Positions 53,101 through 62,746 of a DNA stretch of 64,000 bases are shown here, piece after piece. This DNA is from Candidatus Eiseniibacteriota bacterium (GTDB lineage: Bacteria > Eisenbacteria > RBG-16-71-46 > CAZEPH01): assembly GCA_044229145.1 (NCBI GenBank), contig JBGATO010000009.1, positions 17,312 to 81,311 of the forward strand, in the 5' to 3' direction. Numbering within the stretch: the stretch's first letter is position 1; every line of letters begins with the position of its first letter. Under the pieces are notes generated by a model. That model was not told where the DNA came from. It worked only from the letters and a program-made list of their open reading frames with translations, and did no database searches. The translations under genes were made by a program, and so were the position numbers.

Positions 53101-53916
53101 GCCCGGCAGCTTGGACAGCAGCGTGTCGATTAGCGCGTGCAGTTGCGGCGGCACCTGTGGCGCGCGCTCCGACAGCGGAGGCGGGACCGCCGTCAGGTGG
53201 CCGAGCACCACCGTGGCGAGTTCGCCGCCGGTGAACGGCGGTGTCCCCGCGATCAGTTCGTAGGCGATGCAGCCGAAGGCATACAGGTCCGAGGCCTCGC
53301 TCGCCGCGCCGCGCTCGATCAACTCGGGCGCCATGTACGGTGCGGTACCGGCACCGGCCTCCAACTCCACGCCGCCGCGCGCGACGACGTGCGCCAGTCC
53401 GAAGTCCATCACTCGCACCGCGCCACCGGGCGACACCATCACGTTCTCCGGCTTGAGATCGCGGTGGATCACACCCGCCGCGTGCAGCGCGGCCACGATG
53501 TCGGCGAGTGCGGCGAGCAGGGCGATCGTCGTGCTCGCGCTGCCGGTGAGTTCGAGCTGCGGGTCGCGCGGGGGCGGTGTGCGGGCGCCGCGCCATCCGG
53601 GAGCCGGGAACACGCCCTCGGCGAGCAACGCCCGCAGGGTGCGCCCGGCGAGAAGTTCGGACACCACGAAGGGGTGATCATCGTGCACGCCGAGATCGGA
53701 CACGGCAACCAAACCGGGATGGGAGAGCGTCGCCAGCACGTGGAATTCGCCGGCCGCACCCGCCAAGGAGGCTCCGGGCGCCAGCCGGGTCCGCAGCAGC
53801 TTCACCGCGACCTCGCGGTTCAACGCCTCGTCGACCGCCGCAAACACCTCGGCCGTACCGCCCGCGCCCAACGCCCGCACCAGGCGGTAGCGTCCGGCCA
53901 CCCGCGTGCCGATCAT
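50182..53916 (-). pseudogene. Ser/Thr kinase-AAA/STAND-TPR gene with at least five frameshifts (pseudogene or assembly errors)
   Basis: Intact kinase motifs (LGAGG, VAVK, HRDLKPEN, DFGLA, YMAPE, SDLYAFG). The protein continues through six frame segments, with shifts near 52630, 52110, 51930, 51160 and 50895. Confidence 0.75.
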
Positions 53917-54119
53917 GGGAGGACCAGCACGCGCCGGGTGCCGGCACGGCATCGCCGAGCGCGACGCGAAGCGGGAGCCCGAGCGGCGAGGGTGTGCATG
54001 CGCGGCACCCTACCCAGCCCCGGCGCGCAGCGTCAACGTCTTCGCCTGGTGCGACTTGACGGTCGCGTCAGGCGCCTCTAGGCTGCATCGTTTCGCCATG
54101 GAAAGGGAGGAGGACACTC

Positions 54120-55106
54120 GTGTCCCTGCGACAGGACGTGGACGGGGCGGTCGTCGTGGTGACCGGGGCGGCCGGCTTCATCGGCTCGCACTTGGTCGAA
54201 GGGCTGCTTGCGCGCGGCGCCGTGGTGCGCGCCGTCGATAACTTCGCCACCGGCCGGCCCTCGAACCTCGCCTTCGTCGAGGATCTGAGCGCCGAGGCGC
54301 GGGGCCGCTACCAGTTCTTCGAGACCGACATCCGCGATCAGGACGCCATGGCGGACATCTTCGACGGCGCGTACGGCGTGCTGCACGAAGCGGCGCTGCC
54401 GTCGGTGGCGCGTTCGGTCGAAGAGCCGGCCGACTCGCACGATGTCAATCTCACCGGCACGCTCAGTCTCCTGCTGCTGGCGCGTGAATACGGCCTCACG
54501 CGCTTCGTGATGGCAGGGTCGTCTTCGGTGTACGGCGACACGCCCACGCTTCCCAAGATCGAGACGATGCCGCAGACGCCGCAGTCGCCGTACGCGCTCA
54601 CCAAGGCGGCGGCCGAAACCTATTGCGGTCTGTTCACCAAACTCTACGGCCTCGAAACCGTCGTGCTGCGCTACTTCAATGTCTACGGCCCGCGCCAGGA
54701 CCCGAACTCGGACTACGCCGCCGTCGTGCCGGCCTTCATCCTGCGGTTGTTGCGCGGCGAGGCCCCGACGATCTACGGGGACGGCAAGCAGTCGCGCGAC
54801 TTCACGTTCATCGGCGATGTCGTGGCGGCGAACGTCGCGGCGCTCACCGCGCCCAAGGCGGCGGGACATTTCATGAACATCGGCGCCGGCACGCGCTACT
54901 CGCTGCTCGATCTGTTGGCCGCGCTGCGCGAGTCGGCCGGCGACACACCGCCGGTGTTCGCGCCGCCGCGCGCCGGGGACGTGCGCGACAGCCAGGCCGA
55001 CATCGGCCGCGCCCGCGAGTTGCTCGGCTATGAGCCGTCGGTGACGTTCGTGGAAGGACTGCGCCGCACCGTCGAATCGCTGCGGCCGCTGGCTCTCACC
55101 GGCTAA
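54120..55106 (+). CDS. NAD-dependent nucleotide-sugar epimerase/dehydratase (WbpP-like extended SDR)
   Basis: GGAGGAGG RBS, TGAAGFIGSH, AALPSVARS, SSSVYG, YALTK, LRYFNVYGPRQDP, GDGKQSRDF. Confidence 0.92.
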   Translation: MSLRQDVDGAVVVVTGAAGFIGSHLVEGLLARGAVVRAVDNFATGRPSNLAFVEDLSAEARGRYQFFETDIRDQDAMADIFDGAYGVLHEAALPSVARSVEEPADSHDVNLTGTLSLLLLAREYGLTRFVMAGSSSVYGDTPTLPKIETMPQTPQSPYALTKAAAETYCGLFTKLYGLETVVLRYFNVYGPRQDPNSDYAAVVPAFILRLLRGEAPTIYGDGKQSRDFTFIGDVVAANVAALTAPKAAGHFMNIGAGTRYSLLDLLAALRESAGDTPPVFAPPRAGDVRDSQADIGRARELLGYEPSVTFVEGLRRTVESLRPLALTG

Positions 55107-55124
55107 GCGCACACGCCACACGCA

Positions 55125-55160
55125 CGAAGGCCCGGCGGGGGAGATCCCGCCGGGCCTTCG
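55125..55160. terminator. Hairpin between convergent genes
   Basis: CGAAGGCCCGGCGGG-GGAGAT-CCCGCCGGGCCTTCG, 15-bp stem. Confidence 0.7.
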
Positions 55161-55184
55161 CGGTTGCGGTGATCGTCGTGCGGG

Positions 55185-56588
55185 TTAGCGGCTCGCCGCG
55201 AGCACCATCGCCACACGGTCCGCGGTGCGCAGCGGCAGCGCCGCCACGGTCGCGCGACGCGCCTCGGACGGCAAGCGCAGCGAGATCCCGCCGCCGGCCG
55301 GCGCCGCGGCCGGCGCCGGCAGCTTGCGGAACGCCGCGTCGTGCCAGCGCAGGTCGTCGTCGATGTGGTAGTAGACCTGGCTCGAGTGCGCGCCCGCGTA
55401 CTCGACATAGCGGTGCCCGATGCCGAGCGTCGACAGCTTCGCGTCGAACGCGCGGCACGCCGGCAAGATGTTGAAGCCGACACCGTCGTCCGCCGGGTTG
55501 TCGTCGTCGTAGAGCCCGCAGTCCATGTAGACCCGCAGATTCTTGAACGCCGCGTACGTCGCGTCGTTGGCCTGCGCCGCCGACGTGAGGAGCGACAGGC
55601 AGTCGTTCGCCAGGAACTTGTCGAACACCGGCTGGTCCACGGTGCCGGTGCCGTCGCCGTTCAGGATGATCGGGTACTGGAAGCCGAGCACCGCCTTCGC
55701 CGACGGCACACCCGGACACGCCACACCGGCCGACGCCAGCGTGTAGCCCTTCGGGTCAGTGAGCAGCGGGCTCAAGAATCGGCCGTCCGAACAGCTCTGC
55801 TCGTACGCGAACGCCAGACTCAGCGAGATCGACACCACCGACAGATAGCCGCCGGAGTTGACGAACGCCAGCGAGTCGAGGCGCGTCGAGTAGGTGCGCT
55901 CGCCCGTCAGCGTGTTGACGCGGCTGTTCTCGCGCGCCAAACGTGACAGCATCGACGGTGCGACGACCTGCGTGAAGTCGAGCGGCGCCGAGTGCGAGCA
56001 CACCGACGTGAACTTCGTCGGATACTTGAGCGCCAGCTTCATCGCGCCGTAGCCGCCCATCGAGTGCCCGCTCACGCCGACCTTCGTGGTGTCGACGTTG
56101 TAGGTCTGCATGATCTTCGGCATGAGCGTGCTGACGATGTAGCTCTGGTACGCGCCGAGGCCGCCGTCGGTGTAGAAACTCGAGCCGGTGGTCGGCGCGA
56201 TGCCGCCGGAGTACGGGAAGACGAGGATCATCGGCTTGATCTCGCCGCGGTTCATCATGTCCTCGGCCACCTGCGCGGCACCGGCATCGATGAACGTGTT
56301 GGCGCTGCCGCCGTAGCCGTGCAGCATGAACACGACGGGGTAGAGGACATCCACCGAGTCTGCGTTGTACTGCGGCGGCAGGTAGACGCGGTAGCCCATG
56401 CCGCTCTCCAGCGGCGTGAGCGCCGAGTTGAGCGAGATGAAGCCCGAGGTCTGCAAGGCCGGCGTGCGTGGCGCGATGGGCGTCAGCGTGCCTTTTTCCT
56501 GACATCCCGCCAGCGCGAGCGCGCCGGCCAGGATCGCCACCCCCGCCGCGAGGCGGGCGGCGGTCATGCGAGTGATGCGGTGCAGCAT
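55185..56588 (-). CDS. Lipoprotein alpha/beta-hydrolase esterase (CE1/tributyrin esterase-like)
   Basis: Lipobox LAGC, VYLPP.Y, YPVVFMLHG, nucleophile GHSMGG, DCGLYDD, YAGAH. Confidence 0.85.
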   Translation of the reverse strand: MLHRITRMTAARLAAGVAILAGALALAGCQEKGTLTPIAPRTPALQTSGFISLNSALTPLESGMGYRVYLPPQYNADSVDVLYPVVFMLHGYGGSANTFIDAGAAQVAEDMMNRGEIKPMILVFPYSGGIAPTTGSSFYTDGGLGAYQSYIVSTLMPKIMQTYNVDTTKVGVSGHSMGGYGAMKLALKYPTKFTSVCSHSAPLDFTQVVAPSMLSRLARENSRVNTLTGERTYSTRLDSLAFVNSGGYLSVVSISLSLAFAYEQSCSDGRFLSPLLTDPKGYTLASAGVACPGVPSAKAVLGFQYPIILNGDGTGTVDQPVFDKFLANDCLSLLTSAAQANDATYAAFKNLRVYMDCGLYDDDNPADDGVGFNILPACRAFDAKLSTLGIGHRYVEYAGAHSSQVYYHIDDDLRWHDAAFRKLPAPAAAPAGGGISLRLPSEARRATVAALPLRTADRVAMVLAASR

Positions 56589-56619
56589 GAGATGACTCCT
56601 TTCCGTCCGAGCGTCGGGG

Positions 56620-58185
56620 TTAGAAGGTGTACTGCAGGCCGGTGATCCACTCGTGGATGCGCAAGTGGTACGTGCCCGCGACGTTGGTCGGCGAGCCGAG
56701 CAGGTGGAACGTCTGCACGGCGTTCGGGTCGAGGCCGGTGGTGTCGAAGCTGTAGGCGTCGATCACGCGGTCCGACGTGGTGATGAACTTGTACACGCCG
56801 GTGAAGCTCCAGTGCGCCTTCGACAGCACGGCGCCGAGCTGGAACACCTTGCGCGTGTTGCCGTCCGGGATGAGCGGGATGAGCGTGGCGTTCGGCGCCG
56901 CGGTCGGGTCGGCGTAGAAGCCGCCGAGCAAGCGCGTCTGCAGACCGAACAGCGCGCCGGCGTCGTAGCGCGTCCCCAGCGAGACGCGGGTGACGTTCTT
57001 CCAGTGGAATTGCAGATTATCGTCGAGCGAGTCGCCGAGCACGGCCGGCGTCGACGCCGAGTTGCGCAGCTGCAACGTGACCTCGTCGAGCACCGAGTGG
57101 CGCGTCCAGTCGAAGTCGGCGCTCACCAGCCACTTCGGCGTCACCTGGTAGCCGATCCCGATGCCGAGGTTGAGCGGCAGCGGCACCTTCGCCGCGGCGC
57201 TGTACTGGTTCGGCACCACGGCGCCGGCGAAGTACCCGACCGCCTGCGCGCTGTCGTGCAGCGTCTGCGTGAGCAGCACGTCGTAGCCCGGCAGGCCGGC
57301 GACCACCGCGCCGCGGATCTTCTGCAACTGCCCGTGCAGCGCGCTGGCGAGCGACGACTGCATCGCGCTGCTCTGTGGGAAGTACGCGGTGAGCGTGCCG
57401 TCACCGTTGATGTCGAGATCGGTGTACCAGCGTGCCGCGGCGCCGATCTTGAGCTTGTCGCTCGCCTTCCACAGCATGCCGCCGTTGGCGCCGAAGCCGA
57501 AGCCGGTGCCTTCGACATCGACGTCGACCGGCAGATAGTCGAACGGCGCCGAGATCAGCGGCGACAGCCCGGTTGCGGTGAGCGGATTCTGGTTGAGCGC
57601 GACCTCGTGCAACTTGAGCGAGGCGTAGTTCATCGACACGCCGGCACCCACCGAGAAATTCGGCGACATGCGGTACGCCACCGTCGGGTGGATGTCGACC
57701 ACCTTCAGGTTGCTTTCCGTGCCCTGGCTCGGGTAGGTGGCGCTCGGGTTGTAGCCCGGCGGCAGGTGGTAGAGATCGTCCCACTGGAATCCGAGACCGA
57801 ATGGCGCCCACACCCCGATCCCGTAGGCCAGCTTCTTGTCGCCGCTGCGCGCGAAGCCGTTCACGCCGGGGGCGGTGATCGCGTTGCGGTTCTGGTAGAC
57901 GGTGCTCGTGCTGTAGCCGTTGAACTCGGTCGGCGTGAGGTTCATGTTCGGCAGCACGATGGTGCTGGTGCCCACGACCTGCGTGCCCGAGAGATCGATC
58001 AGACCGGCCGGGTTCCAGAATGCCGCGCTCCAGTCATCGGCGACGCCGCGGAACGCGCCCGCCATGCCCGCGGCCTGAGTGCCGGGGTAGAGCGCCAGCC
58101 CCGACGCGAACGCGGACGATGCTCCGCCGAGCATCGCGCCCGCGGCCAGCGCCGCGGAGATCCGTGCCATGTGCCTCACCGTCAT
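56620..58185 (-). CDS. FadL/OmpP1/TodX family outer-membrane transporter
   Basis: Signal peptide, GMAGAF...ADDWSAAFWNPAGL plug motif, APFGLG, C-terminal LQYTF. Confidence 0.85.
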   Translation of the reverse strand: MTVRHMARISAALAAGAMLGGASSAFASGLALYPGTQAAGMAGAFRGVADDWSAAFWNPAGLIDLSGTQVVGTSTIVLPNMNLTPTEFNGYSTSTVYQNRNAITAPGVNGFARSGDKKLAYGIGVWAPFGLGFQWDDLYHLPPGYNPSATYPSQGTESNLKVVDIHPTVAYRMSPNFSVGAGVSMNYASLKLHEVALNQNPLTATGLSPLISAPFDYLPVDVDVEGTGFGFGANGGMLWKASDKLKIGAAARWYTDLDINGDGTLTAYFPQSSAMQSSLASALHGQLQKIRGAVVAGLPGYDVLLTQTLHDSAQAVGYFAGAVVPNQYSAAAKVPLPLNLGIGIGYQVTPKWLVSADFDWTRHSVLDEVTLQLRNSASTPAVLGDSLDDNLQFHWKNVTRVSLGTRYDAGALFGLQTRLLGGFYADPTAAPNATLIPLIPDGNTRKVFQLGAVLSKAHWSFTGVYKFITTSDRVIDAYSFDTTGLDPNAVQTFHLLGSPTNVAGTYHLRIHEWITGLQYTF

Positions 58186-58209
58186 GCAACTCCTCCTCCG
58201 TGCAGGCGA

Positions 58210-58971
58210 CTACTTCCCCTTGGAGAGCGTGGCGAGGAGCTCCTCGGCTTCCGCACGCTTCTCGGGGTCATCGACTTTGGCGTCCGCGAGGCCCTTGCTC
58301 AGCCAGTCGCGGGCCGCATCCTTGTTCTTCATGCGGATCTGGTAGCGCGCCATCTCGATGTGATGGTTGAGATGGTGCGGGTTCAACTCGAGGGCCTTCT
58401 GGATGTCTGCGTAGCCGGCAGTGAGGTCGGCGTCGCCGAGACCGAGCGGCACGCGCGCGAACTTCGGCTTCTCGGTGACCTCGCGGTGCCAGCGGGCGCG
58501 CACGTGAAACGCGCCGTCGAGCGTCGGGTCGAGCGCGATGGCCTTGTCGACCTCGAGCTTGAGTTCCTTGCCGATCGGCACGCTCTTCCAGATGCCGGCG
58601 AACAGCGCTTCCTGTCCGAGACAGCGGGCGAGCCAGTAGTGCGCGGCGCCATCGCGCGGATTGAGCGCGATGGCCTGGCGCAGCAGCGCTTCCGCGGCCT
58701 TGAACTCGGCGAGCTGCTTGTCCTTCGGCAGGGCTTCGCCCATCAGGACACGGCACTCGCCGGACATGCGGATCGCCGCCGAGTTCTTCGGGTTGGCGCG
58801 GGCGAGTGCTTGATACACGGTGAGCGCTTCGCCGTAGTTCTTGGCGGCGAAGAAGCCGTCGGCACGCCGCATCGCGTCGCCGCCATCGGCGGCGCGGCCG
58901 GCGAGCGGCACGCCGGCAATGAGCAGGGCCACGACGGCGGCGCGCAGGCACCACAGGCCACGTCGAATCAC
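58210..58971 (-). CDS. Exported TPR-repeat protein
   Basis: GGGAGA RBS, signal peptide, AIALNP/AIALDP/ALELNP repeats, AHYWLA. Confidence 0.8.
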   Translation of the reverse strand: MIRRGLWCLRAAVVALLIAGVPLAGRAADGGDAMRRADGFFAAKNYGEALTVYQALARANPKNSAAIRMSGECRVLMGEALPKDKQLAEFKAAEALLRQAIALNPRDGAAHYWLARCLGQEALFAGIWKSVPIGKELKLEVDKAIALDPTLDGAFHVRARWHREVTEKPKFARVPLGLGDADLTAGYADIQKALELNPHHLNHHIEMARYQIRMKNKDAARDWLSKGLADAKVDDPEKRAEAEELLATLSKGK

Positions 58972-59046
58972 GGGCGGTGTCTCCCATTACGGTCGAGAAG
59001 CGGAAGGCGCGGCGGGGCCGCGGACGTGCGGGGCGTGCGGCGGCGG

Positions 59047-59141
59047 ACGTTACGGGACGGGGCGGGGGGTGTCAACGGATTGAGGCGAAGCGCCCACCGC
59101 CGGCGTTGTAACTTGGCGCAGGGCTACCTCGGTTGTATCGT
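59047..59141. promoter_or_regulatory. Divergent sigma70 promoters (TPR-FadL-esterase operon and FG-GAP genes)
   Basis: Minus strand: TTGACA(59075-59070)-N17-TAACGT(59052-59047). Plus strand: TTGGCG(59113)-N17-TATCGT(59136). Confidence 0.55.
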
Positions 59142-59273
59142 TGCCCGCGTCCCGCCACGGTCCCACACCCATGCTGTCACATCGTGTCCGGCCCGGTCCC
59201 CCATGCCTGGCCGCAGTGTCGTTCTGGGTCCTCCGCCTGCCGCCTCTCGCTGCGTGCCTTGGAGTCTCTGCCG

Positions 59274-62200
59274 ATGTCCGACCTGCAGTTGCCTCGCGCC
59301 TCCACCGCGCGTGGCCCAGAAATCCTCTGCCTGGCGCTGACGCTGCTCTGCGTCCTGGCGTCGGCTTCGGCGCGCGCCTCGTCCGCGCCGCCTGCCGCCC
59401 GCCCCGCCGCGCTGACGCTGATCAACGCCTGGACCCTCGACGGCGATCAGGTGGGCTGCGAATTCGGCGATTCGGTGACCACCGCCGGCGACGTCAACGC
59501 CGACGGCTACTCCGACGTCCTGGTCAGCGCGCCCTTCCACGACGGCGCGTTCGTCGACGAAGGACGCGTGTACCTGTTCCTCGGCGGCCCGGCCGGGCTC
59601 GCGACGACGCCCGCGTGGACGCACGACGGCGGGCAAGCTGGCGCCCACTTCGGCGTCGCCGTGAACTGTGCCGGCGACGTCAACGCCGATGGCTACGACG
59701 ACGTCATCGTCGGCGCCAATCGCTACGACGCGGGCCAAACCGACGAAGGCCGCGCCTATGTCTTCCTCGGCGGTGCGAGCGGTCTTGCCAACGCACCGGT
59801 GTGGGTGACCGAAGCCAACCAAGCTGGCGCCTACTACGGCCATGCGGTGGCCGGGGTCGGCGACGTCAACGGCGACGGCTTCGACGACGTGATGGTCGGC
59901 GCCGACTGGTTCGACAACGGCCTGACCGACGAAGGGCGCGCGTACCTGTTCTACGGCTCGGCGGCGGGCGTTTCGACGACACCCGCCTGGACGGTGGACG
60001 GCGACAACACCGATGCCTACCTTGGCGCGCCGGTGGCGGCCGCCGGCGACGTCAACGGCGACGGCTACGCCGACATCGCGGTTGGTGCGTTCGACTTCAG
60101 CATTCCGCAATCGCAGGGCGAAGGCCGCGCGTACGTCTACCTCGGCGGGCCGTCGGGGCCCGCCGTCGCCCCGGTCTTCACCGTCGAAGGCGTCTACCCG
60201 CAGGCCGGCATGGGCACGTCGATGGGCACCGCCGGCGACGTCAATGGCGACGGCTACGCCGATCTCATCGTCGGCGCCTCGCGCTACGCCGATGGCAACG
60301 GCGGCAACGCCGGCAAGGCCGCGCTCTACCTCGGCTCCGCGGCCGGCCCGGACACCACCGCCGATTGGGTGAAGACATCCTCGAACGTCGATGCGCGTCT
60401 CGGCGGTATGGTCTCGACCGCGGGCGACGTGAACGGCGACGGCTACGCCGACGTGCTGGTGGCTGCGTGGAATGACCGCGCGCCCTACTACGACGAAGGC
60501 GTGGCGTGGCTCTACCTCGGCTCGGCTGCCGGCCTCGACACGTCCGCTGCGTGGACCGCCAGCGGCGACACCATCAACGTGCACTACGGCTGGTCGCTCG
60601 ACACCGCGGGTGACGTCAACGGCGACGGCTATTCCGACTTCATCGTCAGCAGCCCGCTGCACAGCAATGGCCTGTACAAGCAGGGGCGTGCCTATCTCTA
60701 TCTCGGCGCCCCGAGCGCTCCCGCCGACCGCGCCGCCTGGACGCTGACCGGCAACCAGAATGGCGCGACGGTCGGCACCGCGCTCGCGTTCGCCGGCGAT
60801 GTGGACGGTGACGGGTTCAGCGACCTCCTCGCCGGCGTCCCGCTCTACGATCACGGACAGACCGACGAAGGCCGTGCGGTGCTCTTCCGCGGGTCGGCCA
60901 CCGGATTCGCCGCCGCCAGCGACTGGTCCTACGAGTCGAACCAGGCCGGCGCGCAGGCCGGCGGCACCGTGGCCTCCGCCGGCGACGTCAACGGAGACGG
61001 CTACACCGACGTCGTGGTCGGCGCGCCGCTGTACGACACGCCGGCCACCGACGCCGGCCGCGCGTGGTTGTTCCTCGGCGCGCCGGGCGGCCTTGGGACC
61101 TCGCCAGCGTGGACGGCGAGCGGCTGGCAGGCGAACGCGCACTTCGGCTCGGCGGTGGCGGGCATCGGCGACGTCAACGGCGACGGCTATGCCGACATCG
61201 CGGTCAGCGCCGCGCAACTCGACACCAGCGGCACCGACGCCGGCGCCGTGTACGCCTATCTCGGCTCCGCCAGTGGACTGTCGGCGACGCCCGCGTGGGT
61301 GCAGAAGGGCGACATTGCCAACGGGCAATTCGGCGTCACGGTGAGCGGCGCCGGCGACATCGATCGCGATGGCTACGGCGATCTGCTCATCGGCCAGCCG
61401 TATCGCACCGGCAGCTTCAGCGGCGAGGGGCGGGCGTGGCTCTTCCGCGGCGGTCCGAGCGGACTCGCCACGAGCGCCTCGTGGACCTACGACGGCGGGC
61501 AGATCAACGCCAACTGCGGCCTCGCGCTCGGCGACGCGGGCGACGTCAACGGCGACAGCTACGCCGACGCGGTGATCGCCGCGCCGGGCGGCACCAAGAC
61601 GCTGGCGGCCGAAGGAGTGGTGCGGCTGTTCCTTGGAGGGGCCGGCGGCCTCGCCGCGACGCCCGTGTGGACGGTGTCCGGCGGGGAAGCCAACGCGCGC
61701 TTCGGCACCGCCGCCGACGGCGCCGGCGATCTCGACGGCGACGGCTACGCCGACATCGCGGTCGGCGCGCCGCTGATGGACAGCACCACCGCGGATGTCG
61801 GAGCGGTCGCCGTGTTTGCCGGTGCGGCCGCCGGGCCCGCCGCCACGCCGCGATGGATCACCTACGGCGATCAGGCCGGCGCATCGTTCGGCCGCACGCT
61901 GGCGGGCCGTGGTGATGCGACGGGCGACGGGATGGCCGATCTCGCGGTGGCTGCGCCGCTGTACCAGCTCTCGATTTCGCTGCAGCGGGTTGGCCGCATG
62001 GTGCTCTATCCCGGCAACGCCGCGGCGGGCCCGCCGCGCCTGGCGCGTCAGCGCCGCGCCGATGACAGCGCGCCGCTCGACCTCAACGCACTCATCGCGC
62101 CGCCCTCGCTGCGGCTGGCGTACAGCGCGCGGACGCCGGCCGGACGCGGGCCAGTGTGGGTGGAATGGGAGGTCGCGCCGGTGGGCGTGGCGTTCGACGG

Positions 62201-62735
62201 TGTGCCGGACGGCAGTTCGCCGGTGCTGGACACGGGAGTCCCGGGCGCCGGCACCGGCAGCGCCGCGGCATACTCGGCGCTGGTGTCCTCGATCGCCCAG
62301 GCCGGCGGCTATCACTGGCGGATGCGCACGCGGTCCTCGCAGCCGCGGTTCGCACGCTCGCCGTGGGTGTCGTTCGTGCCAGCAGGCGCGACGGAGGCCG
62401 CGTTCCGTTCCAACGCATCGATCGTCGGCGTGGGGGAGCCCGGACGGGAGCCGGCTCTCAGCCTCGCGCTGCGCGCGCCGCGCCCCAATCCGGCGCGGGA
62501 GCAGGTGGAGGTGCGCTTCGTGCTGCCGCGCGCGGCCGCGGCGCGGGTCGCCGTCTTCGATCCGCGCGGGCGCTGGGTCGCGGATCTCGCGCAGGGGCCG
62601 CAGAGCGCGGGCGAACACGCGGTGCGCTGGAGTCTGCGGGATGCCGGCGGCCGCCGCGTGGCGGCGGGCCGCTACTTCGTCCGTCTCGAACTCGATGACG
62701 TGGTGCGGACCCGCGCGATCACGGTGAGCCGATGA
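59274..62735 (+). CDS. Secreted FG-GAP (integrin-alpha-like) repeat protein with C-terminal FlgD/T9SS-like domain
   Basis: GGAG RBS, signal peptide, 14 GDVNGDG-type repeats, C-terminal PNP...VAVFDPRGR...GRYFVRL domain. Confidence 0.9.
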   Translation: MSDLQLPRASTARGPEILCLALTLLCVLASASARASSAPPAARPAALTLINAWTLDGDQVGCEFGDSVTTAGDVNADGYSDVLVSAPFHDGAFVDEGRVYLFLGGPAGLATTPAWTHDGGQAGAHFGVAVNCAGDVNADGYDDVIVGANRYDAGQTDEGRAYVFLGGASGLANAPVWVTEANQAGAYYGHAVAGVGDVNGDGFDDVMVGADWFDNGLTDEGRAYLFYGSAAGVSTTPAWTVDGDNTDAYLGAPVAAAGDVNGDGYADIAVGAFDFSIPQSQGEGRAYVYLGGPSGPAVAPVFTVEGVYPQAGMGTSMGTAGDVNGDGYADLIVGASRYADGNGGNAGKAALYLGSAAGPDTTADWVKTSSNVDARLGGMVSTAGDVNGDGYADVLVAAWNDRAPYYDEGVAWLYLGSAAGLDTSAAWTASGDTINVHYGWSLDTAGDVNGDGYSDFIVSSPLHSNGLYKQGRAYLYLGAPSAPADRAAWTLTGNQNGATVGTALAFAGDVDGDGFSDLLAGVPLYDHGQTDEGRAVLFRGSATGFAAASDWSYESNQAGAQAGGTVASAGDVNGDGYTDVVVGAPLYDTPATDAGRAWLFLGAPGGLGTSPAWTASGWQANAHFGSAVAGIGDVNGDGYADIAVSAAQLDTSGTDAGAVYAYLGSASGLSATPAWVQKGDIANGQFGVTVSGAGDIDRDGYGDLLIGQPYRTGSFSGEGRAWLFRGGPSGLATSASWTYDGGQINANCGLALGDAGDVNGDSYADAVIAAPGGTKTLAAEGVVRLFLGGAGGLAATPVWTVSGGEANARFGTAADGAGDLDGDGYADIAVGAPLMDSTTADVGAVAVFAGAAAGPAATPRWITYGDQAGASFGRTLAGRGDATGDGMADLAVAAPLYQLSISLQRVGRMVLYPGNAAAGPPRLARQRRADDSAPLDLNALIAPPSLRLAYSARTPAGRGPVWVEWEVAPVGVAFDGVPDGSSPVLDTGVPGAGTGSAAAYSALVSSIAQAGGYHWRMRTRSSQPRFARSPWVSFVPAGATEAAFRSNASIVGVGEPGREPALSLALRAPRPNPAREQVEVRFVLPRAAAARVAVFDPRGRWVADLAQGPQSAGEHAVRWSLRDAGGRRVAAGRYFVRLELDDVVRTRAITVSR

Positions 62736-62746
62736 GGAGGGCGACG

